The notes beneath the pieces were generated by a model that was given only the letters and a program-made list of their open reading frames with translations, searched no databases and was not told the DNA's origin. A stretch of 64,000 nt of DNA from Pristiophorus japonicus (taxonomy: Eukaryota): the NCBI RefSeq assembly GCF_044704955.1, contig NC_091991.1, positions 162,502,001-162,566,000 of the forward strand. Direction: 5' to 3'. This document shows positions 9,801-20,962 of the stretch, in pieces (the stretch's first letter is position 1; each line of letters opens with the position of its first letter). The position numbers and the translations under genes were made by a program.

Positions 9801-12505
9801 GAATTTAGACTGTAGCTACAGCATTGGTGCAAAGCAAAACCTCCCACTACAGCTGTAATGCAAATGCATCCTAAAAAATTGGCAGCAACCAAGCAACTAA
9901 ATACAGATGTCAATAGCACACACAAACCATACAATCCCAAATTTTCTCTGTAAAAACGCTACCTCAGAATTAGTATTTCTTTATCGCAAATATTAGTTCA
10001 GTTCCCAAACCTTCTCTAAAATGTTTCTGTAGACATGGTAGCACTTTTGACTGTTTCAGCAAACCTGTCTGTGCCCTGATTGTACACTTATGCTACAAAA
10101 GGCAAATATCGCATAATTGATGATTGTTCAAAGGCAAAATTTGCAATTGGGCATCGCTTGCCACAAGCCATATAAAATTATTTAATCTCATTGAACGAAT
10201 CACTTAATCTCATGATGCAAACTTCTGAATATTCTTTCCCCCTCAACTCAGAAGATAATGAAGGAGTGCATTCAAATGCCCAGTTTAGCACTGGTGTGAA
10301 CCCATTTGGAATTTGCACCAATGCTAAACTGGAGTGTAAATTAGGATTAAGAGCCCAACCTGACCTCACGAGAGAACAACTACTCAGAAGGGGTAGTCTC
10401 AGTGCTTCAGTATTGCACTCTATTGATTTAATAGCGAATTAGTCTGGCAGTGGGCCCTCAGGTTGCCATGCCAACGTGGCCGGTGCACCCACGGCAACAA
10501 TACCTCTGCTGAACTGAAGAACACCATTAATCTGATCTACATGCTTTAATATACACGACACACCATTCCTCTTCAAAATGCAGTGAATAAAGCCAAATAT
10601 CTACAGTCAGGCCATGTACAGGACCAAAGGAAATGGACCAGAAACCAGGCAAGGCTCAGACTCCACCTGTGTGCCACCAAGGCAGTGACATTATCCCTCA
10701 TTACACCACCTGTGTTTATATCACATCTCAATGAAATGTAGCATCCACACACTGTGGGATGTCAGCATTTGTAGGCACTAGTTGTTTATCAACGCATGCT
10801 CAGCAGCATCTGACTCTGCTCAGTCACTATCCAGTGACCCTTGCTGAGAACATTGTGGGCCACCCTGACCTGTGAGAGGGCACCACAGCAGGTCGGGAGT
10901 ATAAAGAGCTGGAGCATGCCACTGCAGCTTCCAGCGCGAGTCGTCCCAAGTGTACGACGACTTTGAGGTGGGCGACTGGGTGATATCATCAAGGCCCAGG
11001 TCACCGGTTAGAGCGTGGGCTGGAACATCGGCAGGGCCCGGGAAGGTCGGGGCGGATGAGCGGCAAAAGATCGCGGCGGAGTTGCGACGGATGACTGAGG
11101 CAGAGGAGCGGTGAGAGATCGTGGCTGAGATGTGACAAGAGATGAGCAGCAAGAGATCATGGCAGAGGTGCGGCAAATGTTTGGTGCGGCAGTGCGGTGA
11201 GAGATTGTGGTGGAAGTGTGGCGAATGTTTTATGGTGGAGGAGCGGCGTGAGATCGTGGCGGAGGAGCGGTGAGAGATCAGCAGCGAGAGATCATGGCAG
11301 AGGAACAGTGAGAGATCGTGGCGGAGGTGCGGCGAATGTTTGTGGCAGAGATGCGGCGAAAGTTTGTGGCGGAGGAGCGGCAAATGGCCCAAATGGGCTT
11401 GTGGCCCAGAAGAGCCAAGGACCCATGAGCAGCACGAGCCAGGCCACACTGCGATATGTGTGCGCACTAGGTCCGTGCAGCAGAGCAGGTCTCCAGTCGT
11501 CTTGGTTTATCCTTGCCACTGGATAAAGGCCTTGTGGTGGCTGATGTGCAACGGTCACCAAACATTAAAAAAAATCCACACACAGGCATCTTCCACCCCT
11601 GGAGTTCAGGACTGGAATATCAGGTCCTCCATTGAAACATCTATGAACTCATCCCTTTTGGTGTGGAAGCAAGTCATCCTCATTCGAGGGACCGCCTATG
11701 AGATGATATGATGATATTACTCTATGGAGTGCAAATCCAATGTGGCGTCAATGCTCTTATACACCTACACCTAAATCTACCTAAACTCGATTTAAATGTT
11801 GAAAAGGCAGGGGTCCTTCCCTCCCACTTTCTCAACATCTACATTTTTAACAGCTGGGGAAGAACTCAGCCCAAGCTTGCACCAGGCATGTACACAGTTC
11901 TCTCTTGGTTAGGCAAGAGCCAAGCAGCTCTACCTTGCTCAAGCCCAAAAATGTACCTACCAGCTACAATGTGAATGTTCCCTCAGTATCAGTTACACAT
12001 CTCTCATTTAAACCTGACACATTCCTACCCACCATGGCATTTTTAAGGTCCCAGCATCACAAGGGCAACTGAAGCCTTAGCTATCCCATATCGTGAACAC
12101 TCTGTGTGTGGGATGCTGACTTCAGTGAGTGCAGCAAAATTTTCAAGGCACCAGTTTAATCACACAGATGTAGCGATCGCAGGTCCAGGCCACCGTGGCC
12201 AACATGGGGGGAAATCTTACAGGGGTGACAGTGGATGGAGCCGGGCAGATCACACACCCACTGAAGGACAGGGAGCCGCGCGTTATCTTTCGGAGTGAAT
12301 GGAGGTGGAGGTCGGGCCACATTTTAAACCAGTGGAGGGAGGGAGGGAGGGAGAGGGAGAGAGAGAGAGTGGAGGGAGGGGGAGAGAGAGAGGGGGAAGA
12401 GGCCTAATTCTGAGGGACCCGGATCCGGACCAGCCTCCCAATCACCCGGCCTGTGGGTCTCGGCTGCACTCACTTTGTCTTGAACTGTACGGCGCTGGCT
12501 GCCAT
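6805..12505 (-). CDS. TBL3: Transducin beta-like protein 3 (UTP13), coding exons 1-3; gene continues beyond the left edge
   Basis: Exon 1 CDS 12505-12474 (MAASAVQFKTN, GTGAGT donor); exon 2 7712-7661 (52 nt, YTVSSKIEPFYKGGKVQ); exon 3 6900-6805 (96 nt, INKDGTCMFCTCGTKVNVLDIGTGMVTKSIEQ). Canonical AG/GT sites, consistent phases, matches recalled human TBL3 N-terminus. Confidence 0.93.
7819..8280 (+). mobile_element. tRNA-derived Deu-domain SINE (SacSINE1-like)
   Basis: A box tggctcagtggg, B box ggttcaagtcc, Deu-like core (taaaccgaggccccgtctgc...gatcccatggcactatttt...gagcaggggagttctcc); several other copies in the window. Confidence 0.85.
9302..9460 (-). mobile_element. Short non-autonomous element with RTE-like 3' tail (fragment)
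   Basis: Reverse complement of gtggaagcaagtcatcctcg...(atg)n; same family as 11445-11715, 52061-52353 and 57896-58110. Confidence 0.7.
11060..11385 (+). repeat. Degenerate GC/purine-rich minisatellite (~22-25 bp units such as gagatcgtggcggaggagcggtga)
   Basis: Repeated gagatc(g/a)tggc(g/a)gagg motifs seen directly. Confidence 0.7.
11445..11715 (+). mobile_element. Short non-autonomous element with RTE-like 3' tail
   Basis: Highly similar to 52061-52353; ends gtggaagcaagtcatcctc...gagggaccgcctatgagatgat. Confidence 0.75.
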
Positions 12506-12700
12506 GGCCCTGGCTCATTCCGCTCGGCACTCGGGAGCCGGCCGGTGGGTGAATGGTCGGTGAATGCTCCCTCTCTCTCCCCCAGCCGCCGCTCCGCACG
12601 TTGCCTGCCAGCCACCCGCCACTTCCGGCGCGCTCCCAACACCTCACCGGCGGCGCTCTGAACATGGCGCACGCCTCGTCGCCATAGCAACAGCACGGTA
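12506..12700 (-). promoter_or_regulatory. TBL3 CpG-rich promoter/5' UTR
   Basis: GC/CpG-rich stretch next to the start codon; ETS-type CACTTCCGG near 12620; RFX X-box GTCGCCATAGCAAC at 12678-12691. Confidence 0.7.
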
Positions 12701-12714
12701 AAAAAAAATAAGAG

Positions 12715-13440
12715 AAGACTTGCATTTTTCTATAAGCGCCTTTCACGGCCCAAAGCGCTTTACAGACCAGTGAAGTACTTTTGTGAAGTGCACTCACTGT
12801 TGTGATGCGGGAAACGCGGCCGCCAATTGGCGCACAGCAAGCTCCCACAAACAGCAATGTGATCATGACCCAGATCATCCATCTGGGGTTTTTTTTTGGT
12901 GATGGGACACCGGGGATAACTCCCCAACCCTTTTTCTGAAATAGTGCCATGGGATCTTTTCAGTCCACCTGAGAGAGAGCAGACAGGGCCTCGATTTAAC
13001 GCCTCATCTGATCGTTCAGCCCGACTGCCTGCCTCTCTTCCGCGGCTATGCTCACGCCAGGAAGCCCCTGGAGATGGAGCACGCGGTGTCGACTGATACG
13101 CTCGCGGCCTTCCGTGACAGGTGGGCACCGGAGGGACTGGAGTGCATCATCACCCCCGGCAACCACATTATAATTTGATTTGTTTAATGTTCCAAGTTTA
13201 ATTTGTTAATTTGCCGGTTCCAGTGTCCCTTTAATAAGGGGGCACTTGAATTTATGCTTTACAAAAAAAAACATCTCATCTGAAAGATGGCACCTCCGAC
13301 AGTGAAGCGCTCCCCCAGAACCGCACTGGTAGTGTCAGCCTGGATTTTTATGCTCAAGTCTCTGGAGTGAGACTTGAACCCGCAGCCTTTTGACTCAGGC
13401 GAGAGTGAGAGTGCTGCCAACTGATCCACGGCTGACACTG
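12715..13440 (-). mobile_element. Deu-domain tRNA SINE interrupted by a Tx1 insertion
   Basis: Reverse complement of the 7819-8280 family; split at 13011/13270. Confidence 0.8.
13012..13269 (+). mobile_element. L1/Tx1-clade retrotransposon 3' fragment with polyA and ~14-bp TSD
   Basis: Encodes ...EMEHAVSTDTLAAFRDRWAPEGLECIITPGNHIII*; 3' UTR hairpin; polyA; TSD aacgcctcatctga (12998-13011) / aacatctcatctga (13270-13283). Confidence 0.75.
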
Positions 13441-13673
13441 GCCTATTCTTTTCTCCTACTTTAATCTGTATATATCAGTGGGTTGCCAACTCTGGTTGAA
13501 CTTATTCCTGGGGGTGTTGATTCAGTGATGTTTTCCCTGCGGTTTGCCATTGTTATTGTACCGAGCCAACTCTCTGTCACTACTGGGCGGTCCTGCCCAC
13601 TGAGCGGGTGTGTGGACGCAGAATCACAGCACAGGAGCAGGCCATTCAGTCCATCGAGCCTGTGCCAGCTCTT

Positions 13674-13944
13674 GTTTAATTTTGGTTATTGATGACTGAT
13701 GCTATCACCGATTTTTAAAAAAAGAAGCAAATGCCATCTTATAAAGGAACACAAGCAATAAAACGGTAACATAAACACAAATGCTTAAAGTAAACTTAAC
13801 AAATCAAATTAACATTTTGTTTTGGGGGTGTTGAAGCACTCCAGTCCCTCTGGTGCCCACCGGGTGCTCCATCTCCAGGGACACTCGGTGGGAACATAGC
13901 CACAGAAGAGAGGCAGGCAGGCAGGCAGTCAGGCCGAAATCGTC
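13674..13944 (-). mobile_element. L1/Tx1-clade 3' fragment with 15-bp TSD
   Basis: Homologous to 13012-13269 in reverse; TSD cctgtgccagctctt at 13659-13673 and 13945-13959. Confidence 0.75.
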
Positions 13945-15876
13945 CCTGTGCCAGCTCTTTGAAAGAGCTTTTCAATTATTCCCATTCCCCTGCTCTTTCC
14001 CCATAGCTCTGCACAATGTTCCCTTTCAAAAGGGAATTGGACAAATACTCGAAGGGGAAACATTTTCAGGGCTATCGGGAAAGTATAGGCAGTGGGACTA
14101 ATTGGATATGTCTTTCAAAGAGACAGCACAGGCACAATAGGCCGAATGGCCTTCTGTGCTGTATCATTCTATTCTAAGCATATATTCAATTCCCCTTCGA
14201 ATGTTAATATTGAATCTGCTTCCACCACCCTTTCAGGTAATACATTCTAAATCATAGCAACTTACTGTATAAAAAATATTCTCCTCATCTTCACTCTGGT
14301 TCTTATATCTGATTTAAATTTTGTGTCCTCTGGTTAAAAACTCTCTTGCCAGTGGAAACAGGTTCTCCTTATTTACTCTTATCAAAACACCTCATAACAG
14401 GGAACACCATTCCTGTTCCAGAGTTCTGGGGTTGTCATCATGGTTTACAAACCCCTCAGAGCACGTGAAGACTAATGCAACAGGAATATATTGGAGGCTT
14501 CAGCCAGTCCCCCTGACAGCAGCATAGCTTGAGCTGTGGGAGAAAAAAATTGCAAACCAATGAAGCGAGAAGTCTCATATGTGCAAACCAGCCCTTTAAA
14601 CGCCAGCACCTTCACCTTAAAACTGTTTAGCGAATACTGAGTCAGCATTTTATGATGTATCCAAACATATGTCCATACCCATCTTTAAACAATCCTTAAA
14701 TACAATAATAAAACAAACCTCAAACTTTATCCACTCAGTCCCTGAGGCCTGTTCTGCCATTCAGTTAGATCATGGCTGATCTTTACATCAACTCACAAAA
14801 TGCAGACAGTTGGTTCTGTAGTCTCCATCTCCCTGCAGCCACCCTTTGCCATCTTTAATACAGTAATAAAACAAACCGCAAGTGTTTTGCTTCAAGTATG
14901 AGCACATTAGATTCATGTTGATGGAAAGCAGTGATTTTTTAAAAGGCACATTTTGCCTGGTGGTTTCAGCACATAAACAGAGCAGTAACTTTGGTTTACA
15001 TCCCTTTCCTTCAGGTGTCTTGATCACAAGCTCGTGAGGGAGCTACAGGATCACAAGGTTGCACATGCACACAAGTGCCACGCAAGTGCACAGAAGATTT
15101 CAACAGCATTCCGCGGTAACCTCAGGGGAGCAGTAAGGCAGTGTGGAAAGTTTAATTCCATGCCCATTTTTGTCGGCAAATGTTCACAAACAGACACAAG
15201 CCTGGAAACGCTAATGGACAGCATGAAACGATGATAATTGGCATGTATGTATGTATGCGTCTTTTTTGTATGGGGAAGGTGAAAAGAAGGTGTTGAGATT
15301 TGTTTCACCTTGCCTAATCACAATAAAATACATTTCTGGCTTTTTATGTTTGGTCAGGTAGGTGTTCAGTACGTGCAACAATCCATCACCCTGTTTTAGA
15401 GTTTCCAAACCAAGTTACTTTAAAATGCATACAGGTAGAGTTTCTGTTTGGTTGACATTGAATGCCCACTTTCTTCCCATCAGGACTTAGCACACTTGCA
15501 TAGAATTACATAGAATGTACAACATAGAAACAGGCCATTTAGCCCAACTGGTCCACGCCAGTAGTTATGCTCCACACGAGCCTCCTCCTATCCCTCTCCA
15601 TCTAATCCTAACAGCATAACCTTCTATTCCTTTCTCCCTCATGTTAAATGTGCATCCTTCCACAGGGCTCTAAACCATAGTATTCAACAGCACAGAAGGA
15701 GGCCATTTGATCCATTGTGCCTGTACCGCCCCTTGGAAAGAGTAATCCAGTTAGTCCCACTCCCCTGGCTCCATATTCGATGTTTTTTTTTAATTAACAA
15801 GATTAAACTTCCTCAACCTCAATTATCTCAAAACTAGAATTATCTGTGCTTTTAAAATATTGTGATTTCAATTTAA

Positions 15877-17010
15877 GTCCCTTTTTACAACTATTTTAGT
15901 TGTGAACATTAAACAAGTGCCCCCTGATTAAAGGGGGGGCGCACTCCAAAAGCTTTTCAAGTTCCCCCTTGTTTGTTTTTTTTGGCATCAAAGAACACAA
16001 ATTATACAAGTGCCCCTGGCTAAAAGGGGGGGGGGGCACTAAAACCGACAACATAGACAAATTAAACTTTAAACATTAAGGATCAAATTAAAATTTGGTT
16101 GCCGGGGGTGATGATGCACTCCAGTCAGTCCTTCTACAACTCTTTTGGAGTAAAACATAATTAACATTAAATCAAGTGCCCCCTAATCTGGGGAACACTC
16201 CAGCCACTTTTCAACTGCCCTTTTTTTTGTGTTTTTTTAAAAAAAATTTTGTTTTGTTTTTTTTTAAAAAAATTTGGGGGGCAATAAAATCATATAATTT
16301 ACAAGTGCCCCCTATAAAAGGGGAGGGGGACACTAAAACCTGGCAATTAAAACAAATTAAACTTTAAAACATATAAAATCAAATTAAAATTTGGTTGCCA
16401 GGGGTGATGATGCACTCCAGTCAGTCCTTCTACAACTCTTTTGGTTGGATAACAATAAAACAGTTAAGTCAAGTGCCCTCCAATCTGGGGGACACTCCAA
16501 ACATTTTTCAACTGCCCTTTTTTTTGTTTGTTTTTTTACTTTTTGGGGGTTTTTTTGTGATTTTTTTTTTGGGCAATAAAATCATAAATTTTGCAAGTGC
16601 CCCCTATAAAAGGGGAGGGGGACACTAAAAACACCGGCAATTAAAACAAATTAAACTTTAAAACATATAAAATCAAATTAAAATTTGGTTGCCGGGGGTG
16701 ATGATGCACTCCAGTCAGTCCTTTTACAACTCTTTTGGGGGGGAACAAAATAGACATTAGATTGAGTGCCCCCCGATCTGGGGGACACTCCAGACACTTA
16801 ACTGCCCCTTTTTCTAATAAATGTTTTTTTTTGTGTTTTTAAAAAAAAAATTGGGGGGCAATAAAATAATATAATTTACAAGTGCCCCCTATAAAAGGGG
16901 AGGGGGACACTAAAACCCGGCAATTAAAACAAATTAAACTTTAAAACATATAAAATCAAATTAAAATTTGGTTGCCGGGGGTGATGATGCACTCCAGTCA
17001 GTCCTTCTAC
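15877..17010 (-). repeat. Tandem array of four ~250-296 bp units made of Tx1-like 3' ends
   Basis: ttggttgcc(g/a)ggggtgatgatgcactccagtcagtcct recurs with unit ends at 16137, 16433, 16727 and 17010; the core matches the Tx1 fragments at 13012 and 31057. Confidence 0.9.
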
Positions 17011-17249
17011 ATCATTTGTAACAACATTTCAGCTTGCCTGCTAATTAAACGCACTTACAAGGGCGAGTCTTTTTGCTGAAACTGGCATTGGCTGATGTCA
17101 TTAAATGCAAAATTCTTTCTAACAGAAAGGAGACAACATCGCTGTCTCTCCCCCCACCCTGCCCTCATCCTCCCTTCCATGCAACTGCAGGAGATGCAAC
17201 ACTTATCCATTCACCTTCTATCATACCATTATCTATGGACCCAAATAGC

Positions 17250-17852
17250 AGACCAGTCACAAAAGTAAAAGCCCATGGGATCCAGGGCAAAGTGGCAAGT
17301 TGGATCCAAAATTGCCTCAGAGGCAGGAAGCAAAGGGTAATGGTTAATGGGTGTTTTTGTGACTGGAAGGATGTTTCCAGTGGTGTTCTGCAGGGCTCAG
17401 TACCAGTCCCTTGCTTTTTGTAGTATATATCAATGATTTAGACTTGAATGTAGGGGGTATGATTAAGAAGTTTGCAGATGATACTAAAATCGGCTGTGTG
17501 GTTGATAATGAAGAAGAAAGCTGTAGACTGCAGAACGATATCCTGCATCAATGAACTGGTCAGGTGGGCAGAACAGTGGTAAATGGAATTAAATCCAGAG
17601 AAGTGTGAGGTTATGCATTTGGGGAGAGCTCACAAGGCAAGGGAATACACATTAAATGGTAGGACACAGAGAAGTCTAGAGGAACAGAGACACCTTGGAG
17701 TGCATGTCCACAGATCCCTGAAGGTAGCAGGATAGGCAGATAAGGTGGTTAAGAAGACATATGGAATACTTGCCTTTATTAGCCGAGGCATAGAATACAA
17801 GAGCAGGGAGGTTATGCTTGATCTATATAAAACACTAGCTAGGCCACAGCTA
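17250..17852 (+). mobile_element. CR1 LINE RT fragment
   Basis: KVKAHGIQGKVASWIQN...GRKQRVMVNG...; KFADDTK-coding sequence. Confidence 0.85.
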
Positions 17853-18134
17853 TTCACAGATAATGGCAGTCCCATGAAGCACTATGATTGCAATGCGTGC
17901 ACCCTTAAAGTATAGAGCACTTGTCATAGGCAGCCATAACTTCTGATAAATATCTTAACAATGCATTAGATTCATGAATGACAAAGACCCAGTGAGCTAT
18001 GGTAACCTTATGAGTGGAGATATTTATCTTATCTCAAGACTGTCCATAACATACAATCATATCCACTTACGTCGACATATTGGGGACCATTCTAATTTGT
18101 CAACGCAAGCAATTTGTTGACTTTTTAAAAATTC

Positions 18135-20330
18135 ATTCATGGGATGTGGGCATCGCTGACAAGGCCAGCATTTATTGCCCATCCCTAATTGCCCTTGAGA
18201 AGATAGTGGTGAACCGCCTTCTTGAACTCCTGCAGTCCGTGAGGTGTTGGGTGGCAGTGTGAGCTGCGAGGAGGATGCTATGAGGCTGCAGAGTGACTTG
18301 GATAGGTTAGGTGAGTGGGCAAATGCATGTCAAATGAAGTATAATGTGGATAAATGTGAGGTTATCCACTTTGGTGGTAAAAACAGAGAGACAGACTATT
18401 ATCTGAATGGTAACAGATTAGGAAAAGGAGAGGTGCAACGAGACCTGGGTGTCATGGTACATCAGTCACTGAAGGTTGGCATGCAGGTACAGCAGGCGGT
18501 TAAGAAAGCAAATGGCATGTTGGCCTTCATAGCGAGGGGATTTGAATACAGGGGCAGGGAGGTGTTACTACAGTTGTACAGGGCCCTGGTGAGGCCACAC
18601 CTGGAGTATTGTGTACAGTTTTGGTCTCCTAACTTGAGGAAGGACATTCTTGCCATTGAGGGAGTGCAGTGAAGGTTCACCAGACTGATTCCCGGGATGA
18701 CGGGACTGACATATCAAGAAAGACTGGATCAACTGGGCTTGTATTCACTGGAGTTCAGAAGAATGAGAGGGGACCTCATAGAAACGTTTAAAATTCTGAC
18801 AGGTTTAGACAGGTTAGATGCAGGAAGAATGTTCCCAATGTTGGGGAAGTCCAGAACCAGGGGTCACAGTCTAAGGATATGGAGTAAGCCATTTAGGACC
18901 GAGATGAGGAGAAACTTCTTCACCCAGAGAGTGGTGAACCTGTGGAATTCTCTACCACAGAAAGTTGTTGAGGCCAGTTCACTAAATATATTCCAAAAGG
19001 AGTTGGATGTAGTCATTACTACTAGGGGGATCAAGGGGTATGGCGAGAAAGCAGGAATGGGGTACTGAAGTTGCATGTTCAGCTATGAATTCATTGATTG
19101 GCGTTGCAGGCTCGAAGGGCCGAATGGCCTACTCCTGCACCTATTTTCTATGTTTCTATGTGAAGGTACTCCCACAGTGCTGTTAGGGAGTGAGTTCCAG
19201 AATTTTGACCCAGCGATGATGAAGGAACGGCGATATATTTCCAAGTCAGGATGGTGTGTGACTTGGAGGGGAACTTGGAGGTAGTGATAGTCCCATGCAC
19301 CTGATGCCCTTGTCCTTCTAGGTGGTAGAGGTCGCGGGTTTGGGAGGTGCTGCCGAAGAAGCCTTGGTGAGTTGCTGCAGTGCATCTTGTAGATGGTACA
19401 CACTGCAGCCACAGTACATTGGTGATGGAGGGAGTGAATGTTTAAGGTGGTGGATGGGGTGCCAATCAAGCGGGCTGCTTTGTCCTGGATGGTGTCGAGC
19501 TTCCTGAATGTTGTTGGAGCTGCACTCATCCGGGCAAGTAGAGAGTATTTTGTCACACTCCTGACTTGTGCCTTGTAGATAGTGGAAAGGCTTTGGAGAG
19601 TCAGGAGATGAGACACTCACTGCAGAATACCCAGCCTCTGACCTGCTCTTGTTGCCGCAGTATTTATGTGGCTGGTCCAGTTAAGTTTCTGGTCCATGGT
19701 GACACCCAGGATATTGATGGGGGATTCAGCAATGGTAATGCCGTTGAATGTCAAGGGGCGGTGGTTAGACTCTCGTTTGTTGGAGATGGTCATTGCCTGC
19801 ACTTGTGTGGTGCTGAATGTTACTTGCCACTTATCAGCCCAAGCCTGAATGTCATCCAGGTCTTGCTGCATGCGGGCATGGACTGCTCCATTATCTGAGG
19901 AGTTGTGAATGGCACTGAACACTGTGCCGTCATCAGCGAGCAACCCCACTTCTGGCCTTATGATGGAGGCAAAGTCATTGATGAAGCAGCTGAAGATGGT
20001 TGGGCCTAGGACATTGCCCTGAGGAACTCCTGCAGTGATGTCCTGGGGCTGTGATGATTGACCTCCAACCACCACTACCACCTTCCTTTGTGCTAGGCAT
20101 GACTCCAGCCAGTGAAGAGCTTTCCCCCTGATTCCCATTGACTTCAGTTTTACTAGGGTTCCTTGATGCCACACTCTGTCAAATGCTGCCTTGATGTCAA
20201 GGGCAGTCACTCTCACCTCACCTCTGAAATTCAGCTCTTTTGTCCATGGTTGGACCAAGGCTATAATGAGGCCTGGAGCTGAGTGGTCCTGACAGAACCC
20301 AAACTGGGCATCAGTGAGCAGATTATTGGA
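18135..20330 (-). mobile_element. CR1/L2-group LINE RT fragment (interrupted at 18243-19160)
   Basis: LDIKAAFDRVWH...GVPQGNVLGP...ADD; the uninterrupted homolog at 34250-34900 shows the flanks are contiguous. Confidence 0.85.
18243..19160 (+). mobile_element. Young CR1 LINE 3' fragment nested in another LINE
   Basis: LQSDLDRLGEWA...LYRALVRPHLEYCVQFWSP...RRNFFTQRVVNLWNSLP; (ttctatgt)n tail; splits the minus-strand element at 18135-20330. Confidence 0.9.
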
Positions 20331-20444
20331 TTATTGGTGGATGACACATACATTTGGATATTTTGTCAATTTGAAATCAGTAATATACAAGATATAATAA
20401 ATATTGATTATAATGTTACATATAAATATAATAAAAAGAATAAC

Positions 20445-20962
20445 GACTTGGACATATATAGTGCCTTTTATGACCACAGGACACCCCAAAGTGATTTACA
20501 GTCAATGAAGAACTTTTTGAAGTGAAGTTACTGTTGTAATGTAGGAAATGTAGCACCCAAATTGTGCACAGAAAACTCCCACAAACAGCAATGAAATAAA
20601 AAAAAACAAATTTGTTTTAGGTGTTGGTTGAGAGATAAAAGTTGTCCAAGACACTGTGAGAGCTCCCCTGCTCTTCTTTGAATAGTGCCGTGGGATCTTT
20701 TCCATCCACCATAGAGGGCGGTTTAAAGTTTCATTCAAAAGTGCAGCATAAGAACATAAGAGATAGGAGCAGGAGTAGGCCATACGGCCCCTCGAGCCTG
20801 CTCCGCCATTCAGTAAGATCATGGCTGATCTTTGACCTCAACTCCACTTTTCCGTTCGCTCTCCAGTACTGCACAGAAGTGCCAGCCTAGTTTCTGGAGT
20901 TGAGCTTGAACCCACAACCTTCTGACTCAGAGGTGAGAGTGCTACCACTGAATCACAGCTGG
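20445..20962 (-). mobile_element. Deu-domain tRNA SINE with a nested CR1 tail
   Basis: Reverse complement of the SINE head (ttgaacccacaaccttctgactc...gctaccactg) and core. Confidence 0.7.

Noticed and set aside
10820-11711. Long ORFs 10820-11467 and overlapping frames as protein-coding genes
   Set aside because: Produced by a stop-poor GC minisatellite and repeat sequence inside TBL3 intron 1; no domain signature.
12324-13128. ORFs 12324-12950 and 12760-13128
   Set aside because: They span the CpG-rich promoter plus SINE/Tx1 sequence; the real TBL3 coding exon is only 12474-12505.
15877-17010. CRISPR-like array (conserved ~40-nt motif with intervening sequence)
   Set aside because: The intervening sequences are homologous to each other and about 250 bp long, the motif is the end of a Tx1 ORF seen elsewhere, and the DNA is eukaryotic with no cas genes.
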